Of a DNA stretch of 64,000 nt, positions 28,621 through 39,098 are shown one piece after another. Under the pieces are notes generated by a model. The model saw nothing but the letters and a program-made list of their open reading frames with translations, was not told the origin of the DNA and made no database searches. This DNA is from Candidatus Aminicenantia bacterium (GTDB taxonomy: Bacteria; Acidobacteriota; Aminicenantia; Aminicenantales; Saccharicenantaceae), in contig JBGOYY010000002.1 in the NCBI GenBank assembly GCA_041479905.1, forward strand, positions 16,802-80,801, written 5' to 3'. The position numbers and the translations under genes are program-made. Within the stretch, counting starts at the first letter, position 1. Every line of letters begins with the position of its first letter.

Positions 28621-29065
28621 CCTGCCGAGAAAGAAAATCGGTCTGATCGCCTGCTCCGGCGAGGAGCTCGCCGAGGGCACGGTGACCCGCAGGGCCGTCC
28701 GGAAAGTGCTCGAGACTCTCCGGCCCGACGACGCCGTAACGCTGTGCCTGCCGCTGTTCCTTGCGGGAGGCGAGGGAGAACGGGCCTTCGCCCGCCACTA
28801 TCCGACCATCGCCGTCGACGGGTGCGATAAACGGTGCGCCGCCCTGGCGACGGAGAAGTATAGCGCCAAGCCGGCCGCGAGCATCGTCGTGACGGAGATC
28901 GCGAAGGAAAGCGGCTGCGGGGCGATCGGCACGGCGCGGAGGCTGAACGAAAATGGGCAACGGCTCGCTGAGACTGTCGCCGAGAAGATCGTGGAGGAAA
29001 CGGACCGGCTGTTGAAGAGAAAGCCAAAGGATGCAGGACGCGCGGCCGGCAGGGAGAAGCGCTGA
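28613..29065 (+). CDS. DGC domain (putative zinc-binding) protein
   Basis: ACSG...TLCL...AVDGCDKRCA; RBS GGAGGG. Confidence 0.85.
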   Translation: MPDLPRKKIGLIACSGEELAEGTVTRRAVRKVLETLRPDDAVTLCLPLFLAGGEGERAFARHYPTIAVDGCDKRCAALATEKYSAKPAASIVVTEIAKESGCGAIGTARRLNENGQRLAETVAEKIVEETDRLLKRKPKDAGRAAGREKR

Positions 29066-29514
29066 TGGCCAAAACCGAACTCTACGAAACCTCCGTGAGT
29101 TGGACGGGCGGCCACCGGGGCCATTTGAAGTTCGGCAACGGCCCGGAGATGGACTTCTCCGCGCCGCCGGCTTCGCATGGCGAGGCCGGTGTCCTCACCC
29201 CTGAGGACGCGTTCGTCGGTGCCGTCAACACCTGTGTCATGCTGATGTTCATCTGGGCGGCCGAGCGCTTCCGGCTGGACCTTGTCTCTTATGAGTGCCG
29301 GGCCGAGGGCACGAAGCTCATCGAGCTCGACCGGACGGAGATATTCACGACGGTCGTTTTGCGGCCCCGCATCGCCGTGCGGGCCGGGAATGGGCCAAAA
29401 GAAGCCGTCGAAAAGCGGATCCGCCGGGCGCTCGAATCAGCGCAAAAATTCAGCCTCGTCGCCAACTCCGTCAAGAGCAAGGTCATCATCGAACCGGAAA
29501 TCGTGATCACTTGA
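29065..29514 (+). CDS. OsmC/Ohr family protein
   Basis: [18 protein letters not shown]; the second Cys position reads QKFSLVANS. Confidence 0.82.
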   Translation: MAKTELYETSVSWTGGHRGHLKFGNGPEMDFSAPPASHGEAGVLTPEDAFVGAVNTCVMLMFIWAAERFRLDLVSYECRAEGTKLIELDRTEIFTTVVLRPRIAVRAGNGPKEAVEKRIRRALESAQKFSLVANSVKSKVIIEPEIVIT

Positions 29515-29525
29515 AGGGAATTGCC

Positions 29526-30572
29526 GTGAAGAGAAACATGCGCCTCAAGTTCTTCGACAGATACCTGACCCTCTGGATCTTCCTGGCTATGGCCGTCGGC
29601 GTCGGCCTGGGCTACCTCGTCCCGGCCGTCGTCGGTTTCATCAACAAATTCCAATCGGGGACGACCAACATCCCTATCGCCATCGGGCTCATCCTGATGA
29701 TGTATCCGCCCCTGGCCAAGGTGAAGTACGAGGAACTCGGCGATGTCTTCAAGAACGTCAAGGTCCTGACGCTATCCCTCGTCCAGAACTGGGTTATCGG
29801 GCCGCTCCTGATGTTCGCCCTGGCCGTCCTTTTCCTGCGCGACAAGCCCGAATACATGTACGGCCTGATCTTGATCGGCCTGGCCCGCTGCATCGCCATG
29901 GTCATCGTCTGGAACGACCTGGCCCAGGGGGACCGGGAGTACGCGGCCGGACTCGTCGCCTTCAACTCGATCTTCCAGGTGCTGTTTTTCTCCGTCTATG
30001 CTTATATCTTCATCACCGTCTTCCCGACTTGGCTCGGCCTCAAGGGGACGGCGGTCAATATCACCATCCGCCAGATCGCCGAGAGCGTCTTCATCTATCT
30101 CGGCATCCCGTTCCTCGCCGGGCTCATCACGCGCTTCAGCCTGCTTAAGCTCAAGGGCCGGACGTGGTACGAAACGAAGTTCATCCCGCGCATCAGCCCT
30201 ATCACCCTCATCGCCCTGCTCTTCACCATCATCGTCATGTTCTCGCTCAAGGGCGAGTTCATCGTCAAGATCCCGCTCGACGTCCTGCGCATCGCCGCCC
30301 CGCTCCTCATTTATTTCGTGGTCATGTTCCTCGTCTCGTTCTTCTTGAGCCGCAAGGCTGGCGCGGACTACCCCAAGGCGGCGACACTCTCGTTCACCGC
30401 GGCCAGCAACAACTTCGAACTCGCGATCGCCGTGGCCGTGGCCGTCTTTGGTATCAATTCGGGCGAGGCCTTCGCGGCGGTCATCGGTCCGCTCGTCGAG
30501 GTCCCGGTCATGATCGGCTTGGTCAACGTGGCGCTCTATTTCAAGCGGAAGTATTTCGCGAAACCGGTCTGA
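29526..30572 (+). CDS. acr3: ACR3 family arsenite efflux transporter
   Basis: [45 protein letters not shown]. Confidence 0.95.
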   Translation: MKRNMRLKFFDRYLTLWIFLAMAVGVGLGYLVPAVVGFINKFQSGTTNIPIAIGLILMMYPPLAKVKYEELGDVFKNVKVLTLSLVQNWVIGPLLMFALAVLFLRDKPEYMYGLILIGLARCIAMVIVWNDLAQGDREYAAGLVAFNSIFQVLFFSVYAYIFITVFPTWLGLKGTAVNITIRQIAESVFIYLGIPFLAGLITRFSLLKLKGRTWYETKFIPRISPITLIALLFTIIVMFSLKGEFIVKIPLDVLRIAAPLLIYFVVMFLVSFFLSRKAGADYPKAATLSFTAASNNFELAIAVAVAVFGINSGEAFAAVIGPLVEVPVMIGLVNVALYFKRKYFAKPV

Positions 30573-30706
30573 GGGCGGATCCGGAAGCGGAGGCGTTCCC
30601 TGCGGCCAGGGCCTGGTCGTCAGGGAGCCGGGTCTTATCGTCGAGACTTATGGGTCTATTATAAACCTTGAAATCCCCGCTGCAAATATCGAATAATGGC
30701 CTGAGC

Positions 30707-32269
30707 ATGGAAGACATCGCCAAGGGCGTCCGCTCCTTCACCGCCGGCACGGCGGTGAGCCGGGTCATGGGCCTCTTGCGGGAGATGGTCTTCGCCCACC
30801 TGTTCGGCGCCAGCCAAAGCGCCGCCGCCGACGCGTTCAACGTCGCCTTCCGCATCCCGAACATGCTCCGGGACCTCTTCGCCGAAACGGCGCTTTCGGC
30901 CGCCTTCATCCCGGTCCTGACGAGCGAGCGGGCCAAGGGCAAGGAATTCCAAAACCGCCTGGCCTCGAACATCTTCAACGTCCTGATCATCGTGACGGGC
31001 ATCGTCTCCGTCGCCGGCCTCCTGGCCTCGCCCCATCTCGCCAAGTGGATCGCCTTCGGATTCGGCAAGGTGCCGGGCAAGATCGGCCTGACCGCCCAGC
31101 TGACGGCCGTCCTTTTTCCCTTCCTGATCGTCGTCAGCCTCGGCGCCTGGGCCATGAGTTATTTGAACACGGAAAAGTCGTTCTTCGTGCCGTCGGTCGC
31201 CCCGGCCCTTTTCAACGTTTTTTCGATCCTCGTCCCGGTCCTGACCTACGGCTGGTACGTCTCGCACGGCAAGGAGCCGATCTTCGGCATGGCCATCGGC
31301 GTCCTCGTCGGGGGCCTGATGCAGTTCCTGTTTCAGATGCCGCTCGTCTTCAAGAAGGGCTTTCGCTACAGCTTTGTCATCAGCTTCCGCGACCCTGAGT
31401 TTCGCCGGGTCCTGACCCTCTTCGTTCCCGTGGCCATCGGGCTCGCCGGGCCGCGGATCAACGTCCTCGTCAACACGATCCTGGTGACGCCCTTGAAGCA
31501 GGGAAGCGTCAGCTGGCTGAATTACGCCTACCGGATCATGCAGCTCCCCCTGGGATTGTTCGGTGTGGCCGTCGGGACGGTGACTCTCCAGTCGCTATCC
31601 CGCATCGTCCTGGACAACGACGTCGTGGCCGTCCGCTCGAGGCTGACGGATTCGCTGAAGATGGCCCTTTTCCTGACGGTCCCGACGTCCGTCCTGATCG
31701 CGTTCCTCTCCCGCCCGGTGACGCGCGTCATTTACCAGAGAGGGCACTTCCGGCCCGAAGACACGCTGCCCACGGCCGTGGCCCTCGTCCTCTACACGCT
31801 GGGCATCCCCTTCATCGCCGGCCTGCGGAACGTAGCCGCGGTTTACTACGCGTACAAGGACGCGAGGCTGCCTATGTACGCCAGCCTCGTCTCCGTCGCC
31901 CTGACGATCGCCCTCAACGTTTCGCTCATCGGGGTCCTAGGGTTCATGATCTTTCCATTATCGACGAGCCTGGCCGCGGCCCTCAATTTCTGGCTCCTCG
32001 TCGGCTTCCTCCCGAAGAAGATCGGCAAGTTCGAGATGCGACCGCTCGGCCGCTATTTCGCCTCCCTGACCGCCGCGTCCGTCATCGGCGGCGCGGCGGC
32101 CTGGTTCAGTAATCAGATTTTCATCAAGTGGCTGGGGGCCGGGTTCCTTCCCGCCCTCGCCGGCGTCATCGCCTGCGGCCTCCTCGGGCTGGCCGTTTTC
32201 TATGGCGCATCGCGTCTCCTCGGGATGACCGAAACTCGCGACTACCTCCGCCGCTTCCTTCGCCGCTGA
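30707..32269 (+). CDS. murJ: Lipid II flippase MurJ
   Basis: SRVMGLLRE, DAFNVAFRIPN, LFAE, YAYRIMQLPLG, YQRGHF. Confidence 0.93.
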   Translation: MEDIAKGVRSFTAGTAVSRVMGLLREMVFAHLFGASQSAAADAFNVAFRIPNMLRDLFAETALSAAFIPVLTSERAKGKEFQNRLASNIFNVLIIVTGIVSVAGLLASPHLAKWIAFGFGKVPGKIGLTAQLTAVLFPFLIVVSLGAWAMSYLNTEKSFFVPSVAPALFNVFSILVPVLTYGWYVSHGKEPIFGMAIGVLVGGLMQFLFQMPLVFKKGFRYSFVISFRDPEFRRVLTLFVPVAIGLAGPRINVLVNTILVTPLKQGSVSWLNYAYRIMQLPLGLFGVAVGTVTLQSLSRIVLDNDVVAVRSRLTDSLKMALFLTVPTSVLIAFLSRPVTRVIYQRGHFRPEDTLPTAVALVLYTLGIPFIAGLRNVAAVYYAYKDARLPMYASLVSVALTIALNVSLIGVLGFMIFPLSTSLAAALNFWLLVGFLPKKIGKFEMRPLGRYFASLTAASVIGGAAAWFSNQIFIKWLGAGFLPALAGVIACGLLGLAVFYGASRLLGMTETRDYLRRFLRR

Positions 32270-32299
32270 GGCTATCCGCTCCGAGCCTGTTTCTGTATA

Positions 32300-33715
32300 A
32301 TGACCCCCGACATGGGCACGATGGGACCGGCTCCGGCATCCGAAAGATCCCTCCGGCGGACCGCTCTTGCGGTTTCGATGGTTTCCTCGTTCCTGACCCC
32401 GTTCATGGCCTCGGGCATCAACGTGGCCATGCCCTTCATTGCCAAGGAGTTCGGGCTGAGCGCCGTCGCCCTGGGCTGGGTCGTCACGGTCTACATGCTG
32501 GCCGCGGCCATGTTCCTCGTGCCCTTCGGCCGTCTGGCCGACCTCGTCGGCCGCAAGATGATCTTCGCCCTGGGCATCGGCGTCAACATCGCCGGCACCG
32601 TCATGGGCGCGCTCGCGCCCTCCACCTTCATCCTCATCCTCGGCCGCGGCATCCAGGGGGTCGGCGGGGCCATGATCTTCGGCACGGGAGTGGCCATCCT
32701 GACCTCGGTCTACCCGCCGGGCGAGCGCGGTCAGGCCCTCGGCCTGAACACGGCGGCCGTCTACTCCGGCCTTTCCCTCGGCCCCGTCCTGGGCGGATTT
32801 CTCGTCCACGCCTGGGGCTGGCGGAGCATATTCTGGGCGACGGTCCCCATCGCCGCCGCGGCCCTGGGGCTCACCCTCGTCCGGCTCAAAGGCGAGTGGG
32901 CTGAAGCCCGCGGCGAAGGGTTCGACTTCAAGGGTTCCCTGATTTTCGGCTCCGGGCTCGTCGCCCTGATGTACGGTTTCTCCCGCCTGCCCTCGCTCTT
33001 CGGCCTCTCGCTCACGGCCGTCGGAATCCTGGCCCTGGCCGGGTTCGTCCTGTTCGAGCTCCGAGCCAAGGCCCCTCTCCTCGACCTGCGGCTCTTCCGG
33101 ACCAACCGGACCTTCGCCTTTTCCAACCTGGCCGCCCTGTTCAATTACAGCGCCACGTCGGCCGTCGCCTTCCTGATGAGCCTCTACCTTCAGTACATCA
33201 AGGGCCTGCCGCCGCAAAAAGCGGGCCTGGTCCTGGTCGCCCAGCCCATCATCATGGCCCTCTCCTCGCCCCTCGCCGGCAAGCTCTCGGACCGTTCCGA
33301 GCCGCGGCTCATCGCCTCGGTCGGCATGGCCCTTTCGGCCGCCGGCCTCCTTCTCTTCTCGTTCCTCCGCGCCGGCACGGGTTTCGGCTTCATCGTCGGG
33401 AGCCTCGTCTGCCTCGGGCTCGGCTTCGGGATCTTCTCCTCGCCGAACACGAACTCCGTTATGTGCTCGGTCGAGAAGCGGCACCTCGGCATCGCCGCGG
33501 CCGCGCTTGGGACCATGCGCCTCTCCGGCCAGATGCTGAGCGCCGGGATCACGATGATGATCTTCGCCCTGGTCATGGGCCGGGCGCCCATCCAGCCGTC
33601 CGTCTACCCGCAATTCCTGCGCAGTGTCCGCATCGCCTTTATCTTTTATGCCCTTCTCTGCGGTGCCGGGATCTTCGCCTCGCTCGCCCGCGGCAACCGC
33701 CGGCCGGCGGATTGA
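32300..33715 (+). CDS. MFS transporter, DHA2 (14-TM) type; start may be 32312
   Basis: GRLADLVGRK, GRGIQGVGGA, GPVLGG, LLDLRLF, SPNTNSVM. Confidence 0.9.
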   Translation: MTPDMGTMGPAPASERSLRRTALAVSMVSSFLTPFMASGINVAMPFIAKEFGLSAVALGWVVTVYMLAAAMFLVPFGRLADLVGRKMIFALGIGVNIAGTVMGALAPSTFILILGRGIQGVGGAMIFGTGVAILTSVYPPGERGQALGLNTAAVYSGLSLGPVLGGFLVHAWGWRSIFWATVPIAAAALGLTLVRLKGEWAEARGEGFDFKGSLIFGSGLVALMYGFSRLPSLFGLSLTAVGILALAGFVLFELRAKAPLLDLRLFRTNRTFAFSNLAALFNYSATSAVAFLMSLYLQYIKGLPPQKAGLVLVAQPIIMALSSPLAGKLSDRSEPRLIASVGMALSAAGLLLFSFLRAGTGFGFIVGSLVCLGLGFGIFSSPNTNSVMCSVEKRHLGIAAAALGTMRLSGQMLSAGITMMIFALVMGRAPIQPSVYPQFLRSVRIAFIFYALLCGAGIFASLARGNRRPAD

Positions 33716-33826
33716 TACGTTCGGCGGCGCCAACCTCTCCAGGGCTCAGTGAATCACGCTTGCCAAGTTCCCAGCCGAGCGGATAGAATGAGTCGACTCC
33801 CCGCCGGGAGCGCGAAAGGAGAGACC

Positions 33827-35038
33827 ATGAGCCTGTCCCGCAAAGGATTCCTGAAAATGCTTGGCCTGGGGGCCCTGGCCGCCGGCTCGAAGGCCTACGG
33901 TCTGCCTTCGAAGGCGCTCGAGGACGCCCGCGCCGCCGCGAAGAAACTCAAGATCACGGACGTCGAGATCTTCCTCTTCGACATCCCGCTCACGTCCCCC
34001 TTCCGGATCGCCATCGGCGAGATGACGGCGGCCAACGACCTCCTCCTCCGCATCCGGACGGACCAAGGCGTCGTCGGACTCGGCGAGGCCTGCCCGTTCC
34101 CGCCCATCACCGGCGAGACCCAGGCGACCAACGCCGCCGCGGCCCGCAGCATCCGGGACATGCTCATCGGCAAGGACCCGCTGGCGATCGATGCTCTCCT
34201 TCGCGAGATCGGGCCCCTCGTCCACTCCAACCCGAGCGCCGTCGCCGCCTTCGACATGGCCCTCCACGATATCCTGGGCAAGGTCGCCGGCCTGCCGCTC
34301 TTCAGGCTCCTCGGCGGGACGAAGAGCACCTTCGAAACCGACATCACGACGAGCCTCGACACGCTGGAGAACATGACGGCCGAGTCGAAGAAATACGCCG
34401 ACATGGGCTACAAGACGCTCAAGGTCAAGGTCGGGCTCGACCCGGACGAGGACTTCGCCCGGCTTTCGGCCATCCGCGCCGCCGTCGGCCGCGGCGTGGC
34501 CATCCGCATCGACGCCAACCAGGGCTGGACCGTGCCTCAGGCCGTCTACGCCCTGCGCAAGATGGAGCCGCTGGCGATCCAGTTCTGCGAACAGCCTGTC
34601 CTCGCATCGGACACGGCCGGCCTCAAGGCCGTCCGGTCGCAGAGCCCCATCGCCATCATGGCTGACGAGGCCCTGTTCCTGCCGGCCGACGCGATCAAGC
34701 TCATCCGGGCCGAGGCCTGCGACACGTTCAACATCAAGGTCATGAAGGCCGGCGGCCTCCTCAACTCCATCCGCATCGCCCACATCGCCGACGCCGCCAA
34801 CATGCGCTGCATGGTCGGCTGCATGCTCGAGTCGAAGCTGGCCCTGACGGCGGCGGCCCACATCGTCGCCTCGCAGGCCAACATCGTCTACGCCGACCTC
34901 GACGGGAATTCCGAGCACGTGATCGACCCCATCATCGACGGGATGACGGTCAAGGCGGGGGTGCTCACGCTTCCCGAGAAGCCGGGCCTCGGCTGCGACG
35001 TCGACCCGGCGTTCCTGAAGAAGCTGCGGAAGATCTGA
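33827..35038 (+). CDS. Dipeptide epimerase (L-Ala-D/L-Glu epimerase family) with Tat-like signal
   Basis: SRKGFLK leader; KVKVG, RIDANQGW, EQP, MADE, NIKVMK, GCMLE, DLD. Confidence 0.88.
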   Translation: MSLSRKGFLKMLGLGALAAGSKAYGLPSKALEDARAAAKKLKITDVEIFLFDIPLTSPFRIAIGEMTAANDLLLRIRTDQGVVGLGEACPFPPITGETQATNAAAARSIRDMLIGKDPLAIDALLREIGPLVHSNPSAVAAFDMALHDILGKVAGLPLFRLLGGTKSTFETDITTSLDTLENMTAESKKYADMGYKTLKVKVGLDPDEDFARLSAIRAAVGRGVAIRIDANQGWTVPQAVYALRKMEPLAIQFCEQPVLASDTAGLKAVRSQSPIAIMADEALFLPADAIKLIRAEACDTFNIKVMKAGGLLNSIRIAHIADAANMRCMVGCMLESKLALTAAAHIVASQANIVYADLDGNSEHVIDPIIDGMTVKAGVLTLPEKPGLGCDVDPAFLKKLRKI

Positions 35039-35072
35039 CCGGCCCTCGACGACGGGGGAACGGAGGACGATC

Positions 35073-36098
35073 ATGGACCGGAAGGTCAACTGGGGCATCC
35101 TGGGGTGCGCCGGGATCGCCGAGAAGGCGTTCATCCCGGCCGTCTGCGGATCGCGGAACGGCGTCCTGACCGGCATCGCGGCCAGGGACGTGAGCCGGGC
35201 CAGGGATTGGGCGGACCGATTCGGATTCCTGAAGTTCCACCGGACCTATCAAGAGCTCGTCGAGGACCCGGCCATCGACGCGATCTACAACCCCCTCCCG
35301 AACGACCTCCACGCCGAGTGGTCCATCAGGGCGATGCGGGCCGGGAAACACGTCCTCTGCGAGAAGCCCATGGCCATGAACGCCCCCGAGGTGCGGGCGA
35401 TGATCGGGGCGGCGGAGTCGGGCGGCGTCCTGCTGATGGAAGGATTCATGTACAAGTTCCATCCCCAGATGGAGAAGACACTTGCACTCATCAGAGAAGG
35501 GAAAATCGGCGAAGTCCGAGCCGTCCACTCCTCGTTCACTTTCCATTTCGAACGGGACGGCGCGAACTACCGCTGGTTCCCGGCCATGGGCGGCGGGGCC
35601 CTTTATGACGTGGGCTGTTATCCGATCAGCCTTGCGCGCCTGATATTCGGCGCCGAGCCCGCTTCCGTTTTCGCCCGGGCCAGAGTCGACCCCACGACGG
35701 GCGTGGACATGACCACGGCCGCGCTCCTCGAGTTTCCCGGGGGCCGTTTCGCCCAGTGCGATGCGAGCTTCGAATCGCAATTCCAGAGCCGGCTTCTCGC
35801 CGTCGGGACCGAAGGGACGCTCGCCCTCGACCGCGCCTTTTCAGCCAAGGATTTCGATACCGCGATCGAGGTCGTCAAGGACGACAGGACGGAAGCCGTG
35901 CGTATCCCGCGGGCCAACATGTTCACCTTGATGGCCGAACACTTCGGCGACGCCGTGCTCGAAAAAACGCCGCTCCGCTATCCCGCGGGCGACGCCCTCG
36001 ACAACATGCATGCGATCGACGCCTGCTTCGAGTCCATCCGGACCGGGCGGGCCGTCGAGATCCCGAATAATATCCATCAAAGAGACGGCGTGTCATGA
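35073..36098 (+). CDS. Gfo/Idh/MocA family oxidoreductase
   Basis: WGILGCAGIA, PLPNDLH, GKHVLCEKP, GGGALYDVGCY. Confidence 0.92.
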   Translation: MDRKVNWGILGCAGIAEKAFIPAVCGSRNGVLTGIAARDVSRARDWADRFGFLKFHRTYQELVEDPAIDAIYNPLPNDLHAEWSIRAMRAGKHVLCEKPMAMNAPEVRAMIGAAESGGVLLMEGFMYKFHPQMEKTLALIREGKIGEVRAVHSSFTFHFERDGANYRWFPAMGGGALYDVGCYPISLARLIFGAEPASVFARARVDPTTGVDMTTAALLEFPGGRFAQCDASFESQFQSRLLAVGTEGTLALDRAFSAKDFDTAIEVVKDDRTEAVRIPRANMFTLMAEHFGDAVLEKTPLRYPAGDALDNMHAIDACFESIRTGRAVEIPNNIHQRDGVS

Positions 36099-36244
36099 AA
36101 TCGGAAAAAACCCCGACTTTAGGGCATCATCGATTACACCTTCTTCTTCCAGGAGAAGTCCTGACGGGCCGCCCCCGCCGGACCAGATCGATCGTCTGCT
36201 CTTCGAATTGAAGAGGCCGGCCTGAAAAATAGTATAATACTTTT

Positions 36245-36991
36245 GTGTCCGACCTGATCTATCGTAAAGAGTACACCGTCCATACGTACGAAACGGACGC
36301 CCGGGGCCTCGCCCGGCCCGTCGCCCTCCTCAACTTCCTCCAGGACGCCGCCGGGAACCACGCCGGCCGTCTCGGCCTGTCCGTCGTCGACCTTTTCAAA
36401 CGCAATATGACCTGGGTCCTCTCCCGCTATCATGTCCTTATCCATCGCTACCCCGCCCTGGGCGAAAGGCTCGAGGTCATGACCTGGCCGTCCGGGAAAC
36501 ACGGCTATTTCGCCCTCCGTGACTTCGAGGTTTCCGACGGAAGCGGCGGCCCCATCCTCTCGGCGACGAGCTCCTGGATGGTCATCAACCTAGATAAGAA
36601 ACAAGCGGTCAAAGTCGACGACGTCGTCGGCCCCGGCTACGCCGTGGAGAAACGGGCCCTCGACGACCCGTTCGCCTCTCTTCCCGTCCTCTCCGCCCGC
36701 GAGTCCGAAGTGCGCTTCCGCGTCGAGACGGCCCACCTCGATTGGAACCGCCACGTCAACAACGCGGTTTATATCCAATGGGCGCTCGAAGGCGTCCCGC
36801 CGGACATCCTGATGAGCCGCCGGCCGATGGAACTCGAGGTCTCCTACAGAGCCGAAGCCCTCTACGGCGACGAGGTCATGTCCGCGGCCCAGCGAGTCCC
36901 GGAGGGAGACGCCGGGCCCGTATTCCTCCATCAGATTTTCAACGCGGCCACGGGCGTGGAGCTCGCCCGGTTGAGGACACGCTGGGAATGA
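36245..36991 (+). CDS. Acyl-ACP thioesterase (double hotdog)
   Basis: YETD, WVLSR, HLDWNRHVNNAVY. Confidence 0.9.
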   Translation: MSDLIYRKEYTVHTYETDARGLARPVALLNFLQDAAGNHAGRLGLSVVDLFKRNMTWVLSRYHVLIHRYPALGERLEVMTWPSGKHGYFALRDFEVSDGSGGPILSATSSWMVINLDKKQAVKVDDVVGPGYAVEKRALDDPFASLPVLSARESEVRFRVETAHLDWNRHVNNAVYIQWALEGVPPDILMSRRPMELEVSYRAEALYGDEVMSAAQRVPEGDAGPVFLHQIFNAATGVELARLRTRWE

Positions 36992-37007
36992 ACGAGAGAA
37001 TCCGGGA

Positions 37008-39098
37008 ATGACCATGACAACAAAACGCGCCGCGACCGTTCTTTTCATCCTGCTCTTCGGCGCTCTCCTCGTCGCGCCGGCCGCCTCCGCCGGCGAGAAG
37101 GGCCAGAAGCCGAAACTCCCCGAGAACTACAGAAAATGGCTCGACGAGGAAGTCGTCTACATCATCGCGCCCCTGGAAAGAGATGTCTTTCTCAAGCTCC
37201 AGACCGACCGGGAGCGCGACCTCTTCATCGAAGCCTTCTGGAAACAGCGCGACCCGACTCCCGGGGACGCGGAGAACGAATTCAAGACCGAGCACTACCG
37301 CCGTATCGACCACGCCAACCGCTATTTCGGCCGGGATGCGCCGCGCCCGGGATGGAAGACGGACCGGGGCCGCATCTACATCATCCTGGGAGAAGCGCGG
37401 GACATCCAGAGGTTCGAGGGAAAATCCTCGACCTACGACGCCGAGGTCTGGTTTTACCAGGGGAAAACGGACATAGGGCTGCCGGCGGGCTTCAACCTCG
37501 TCTTTTTCAAGGATGGCGGACACGGCGAGTACAAGCTTTACAGCCCGGTCGGCGACGGGCCCCAAGCCCTGCTGGCGGGCTATTTTGGCGGCCCCGATTA
37601 CGCGCGAGCCTATGAGAAGCTGCGGGAGGTCGAGCCCGGCCTAGCCGCCGTCTCGCTCTCGCTCGTCCCCGGCGAAACCGGGGCCGTCTACGGCCAGCCG
37701 TCGATGTCGTCCGACCTCCTCATCCAGCGGATCGAATCGGCCCCGGCCCGCGGCGTCGAGGCCAAGTACGCCCAGAAATTTCTCCAGTACAAGGACCTCG
37801 TCGAGGTCGAATATACCGCTAATTATCTCGACAGCGACAGCCTCATCAAGGTCTTCCGCGACCCTTCGGGCCTCTACTTTGTCCATTATGCCGTCGAGCC
37901 CCGGCGGCTGTCCGTGAACCAGTACGAGAGCAAGTATTACACGACGCTCAAAGTCAACGGCCGGGTCACGACCGCCGACGGCCGCCTCGTCCACCAGTTC
38001 GACAAAACCGTTTCCTTGGACATGACCGCCGAGCAGATGAGAGAGGCGAGCGGGGCGCCCTTCGACTTCCAGGACCTCTTCCCGCTCCTCGGAGGCGATT
38101 ACAGCCTGTCCGTCCTGATCAAGAACGAGGCCTCGAAGGAGTTCACCTCCGTCGAGCAGGCCCTGCGCATCCCCCAGGGCGGAGCGGCCGTCCAGCTGAC
38201 CCAGCCGCTCCTCGGCTACAAAGTCGTTCGCCTGGAGCCGGCCGAGCGCCGGATGAAGGCCTTCCGCGTCGGCCCCTTCCAGATCTACTGCCAGCCGAAC
38301 CGGGTTTTCGCGAGGAAGGAGACGCTGGCCGTCCTCTTCCAGATCAACAACTTGGCCGACGAGGTCGCAGCCCGCGGCGAGGTCCGGGTCGAGTTCCGCA
38401 AGGACGGCCAGCCTTTCCGGGATATCCGCCGGAAGCCCTCGGATTACCACGAGCTGCCCAACGTCTTTGAAGAGGTTCCGCTGGCGGATTTCCCGCCCGC
38501 CCACTACACGGTCCGGGTCTCGGTCGCGAACGCCGGCGTCGAAGTCGTGTCGGCCGCCGAGGAGTTCGACCTGTCCTTCGCCGAGTCCATCCCTCGGCCC
38601 TGGTTCTCTTCCCGGATCCTGCCCGACGCGGGAGACCCCGTCTACACGGAGATCATGGGTGCCCAGCTCTTCAACGTCGGCCGCTACCAGGAGTCGCGCG
38701 TGTTCCTGGAGCGGGCCTTTCAGAAGAAGCCGGATTCGGAGGACACGGCAACGAACCTGGCCCGGGTGTATCTCGCGCTCGCCGACGCCGCGTCCGCCGC
38801 GAGGACACTCGCCCCCTTCATCGGTCCCCAAAAGACGGCGAAATACGAGACTTCCCTCCTTGCCGCCGAGGCCCTGAAGAGGACGGGCGAGTTCGGCCGG
38901 GCCGTCGAGCTCCTCGACCGGGTCATCGCACACTACGGAGTCAACGCCGTCCTTCTGAACTCGGCCGGGGAGTGCTACGCGGGCTTGGGAAAGATCAAAG
39001 AAGCGTTGGCGGCCTTCGAAAAATCGCTTGAGCTCAGCCCCGACCAGCCCGAAGTCAGGAAAAGGGTCGAAGAGCTGAGGAAGAAAGCTCCGCTCTAG
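37008..39098 (+). CDS. GWxTD domain protein with C-terminal TPRs
   Basis: Signal peptide; WLDEEVVYII, FWKQRDP, GWKTDRGRIYI; TPRs. Confidence 0.92.
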   Translation: MTMTTKRAATVLFILLFGALLVAPAASAGEKGQKPKLPENYRKWLDEEVVYIIAPLERDVFLKLQTDRERDLFIEAFWKQRDPTPGDAENEFKTEHYRRIDHANRYFGRDAPRPGWKTDRGRIYIILGEARDIQRFEGKSSTYDAEVWFYQGKTDIGLPAGFNLVFFKDGGHGEYKLYSPVGDGPQALLAGYFGGPDYARAYEKLREVEPGLAAVSLSLVPGETGAVYGQPSMSSDLLIQRIESAPARGVEAKYAQKFLQYKDLVEVEYTANYLDSDSLIKVFRDPSGLYFVHYAVEPRRLSVNQYESKYYTTLKVNGRVTTADGRLVHQFDKTVSLDMTAEQMREASGAPFDFQDLFPLLGGDYSLSVLIKNEASKEFTSVEQALRIPQGGAAVQLTQPLLGYKVVRLEPAERRMKAFRVGPFQIYCQPNRVFARKETLAVLFQINNLADEVAARGEVRVEFRKDGQPFRDIRRKPSDYHELPNVFEEVPLADFPPAHYTVRVSVANAGVEVVSAAEEFDLSFAESIPRPWFSSRILPDAGDPVYTEIMGAQLFNVGRYQESRVFLERAFQKKPDSEDTATNLARVYLALADAASAARTLAPFIGPQKTAKYETSLLAAEALKRTGEFGRAVELLDRVIAHYGVNAVLLNSAGECYAGLGKIKEALAAFEKSLELSPDQPEVRKRVEELRKKAPL

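Noticed and set aside
26982-29514. Selenocysteine read-through at TGA stops in the ars operon
   Set aside because: The TGAs fall at domain ends and mostly overlap the next start codon; none lies at a catalytic Cys position.
36095-36225. Small ORF or gene remnant after the oxidoreductase
   Set aside because: Short frames disagree with each other and no family is recognisable.
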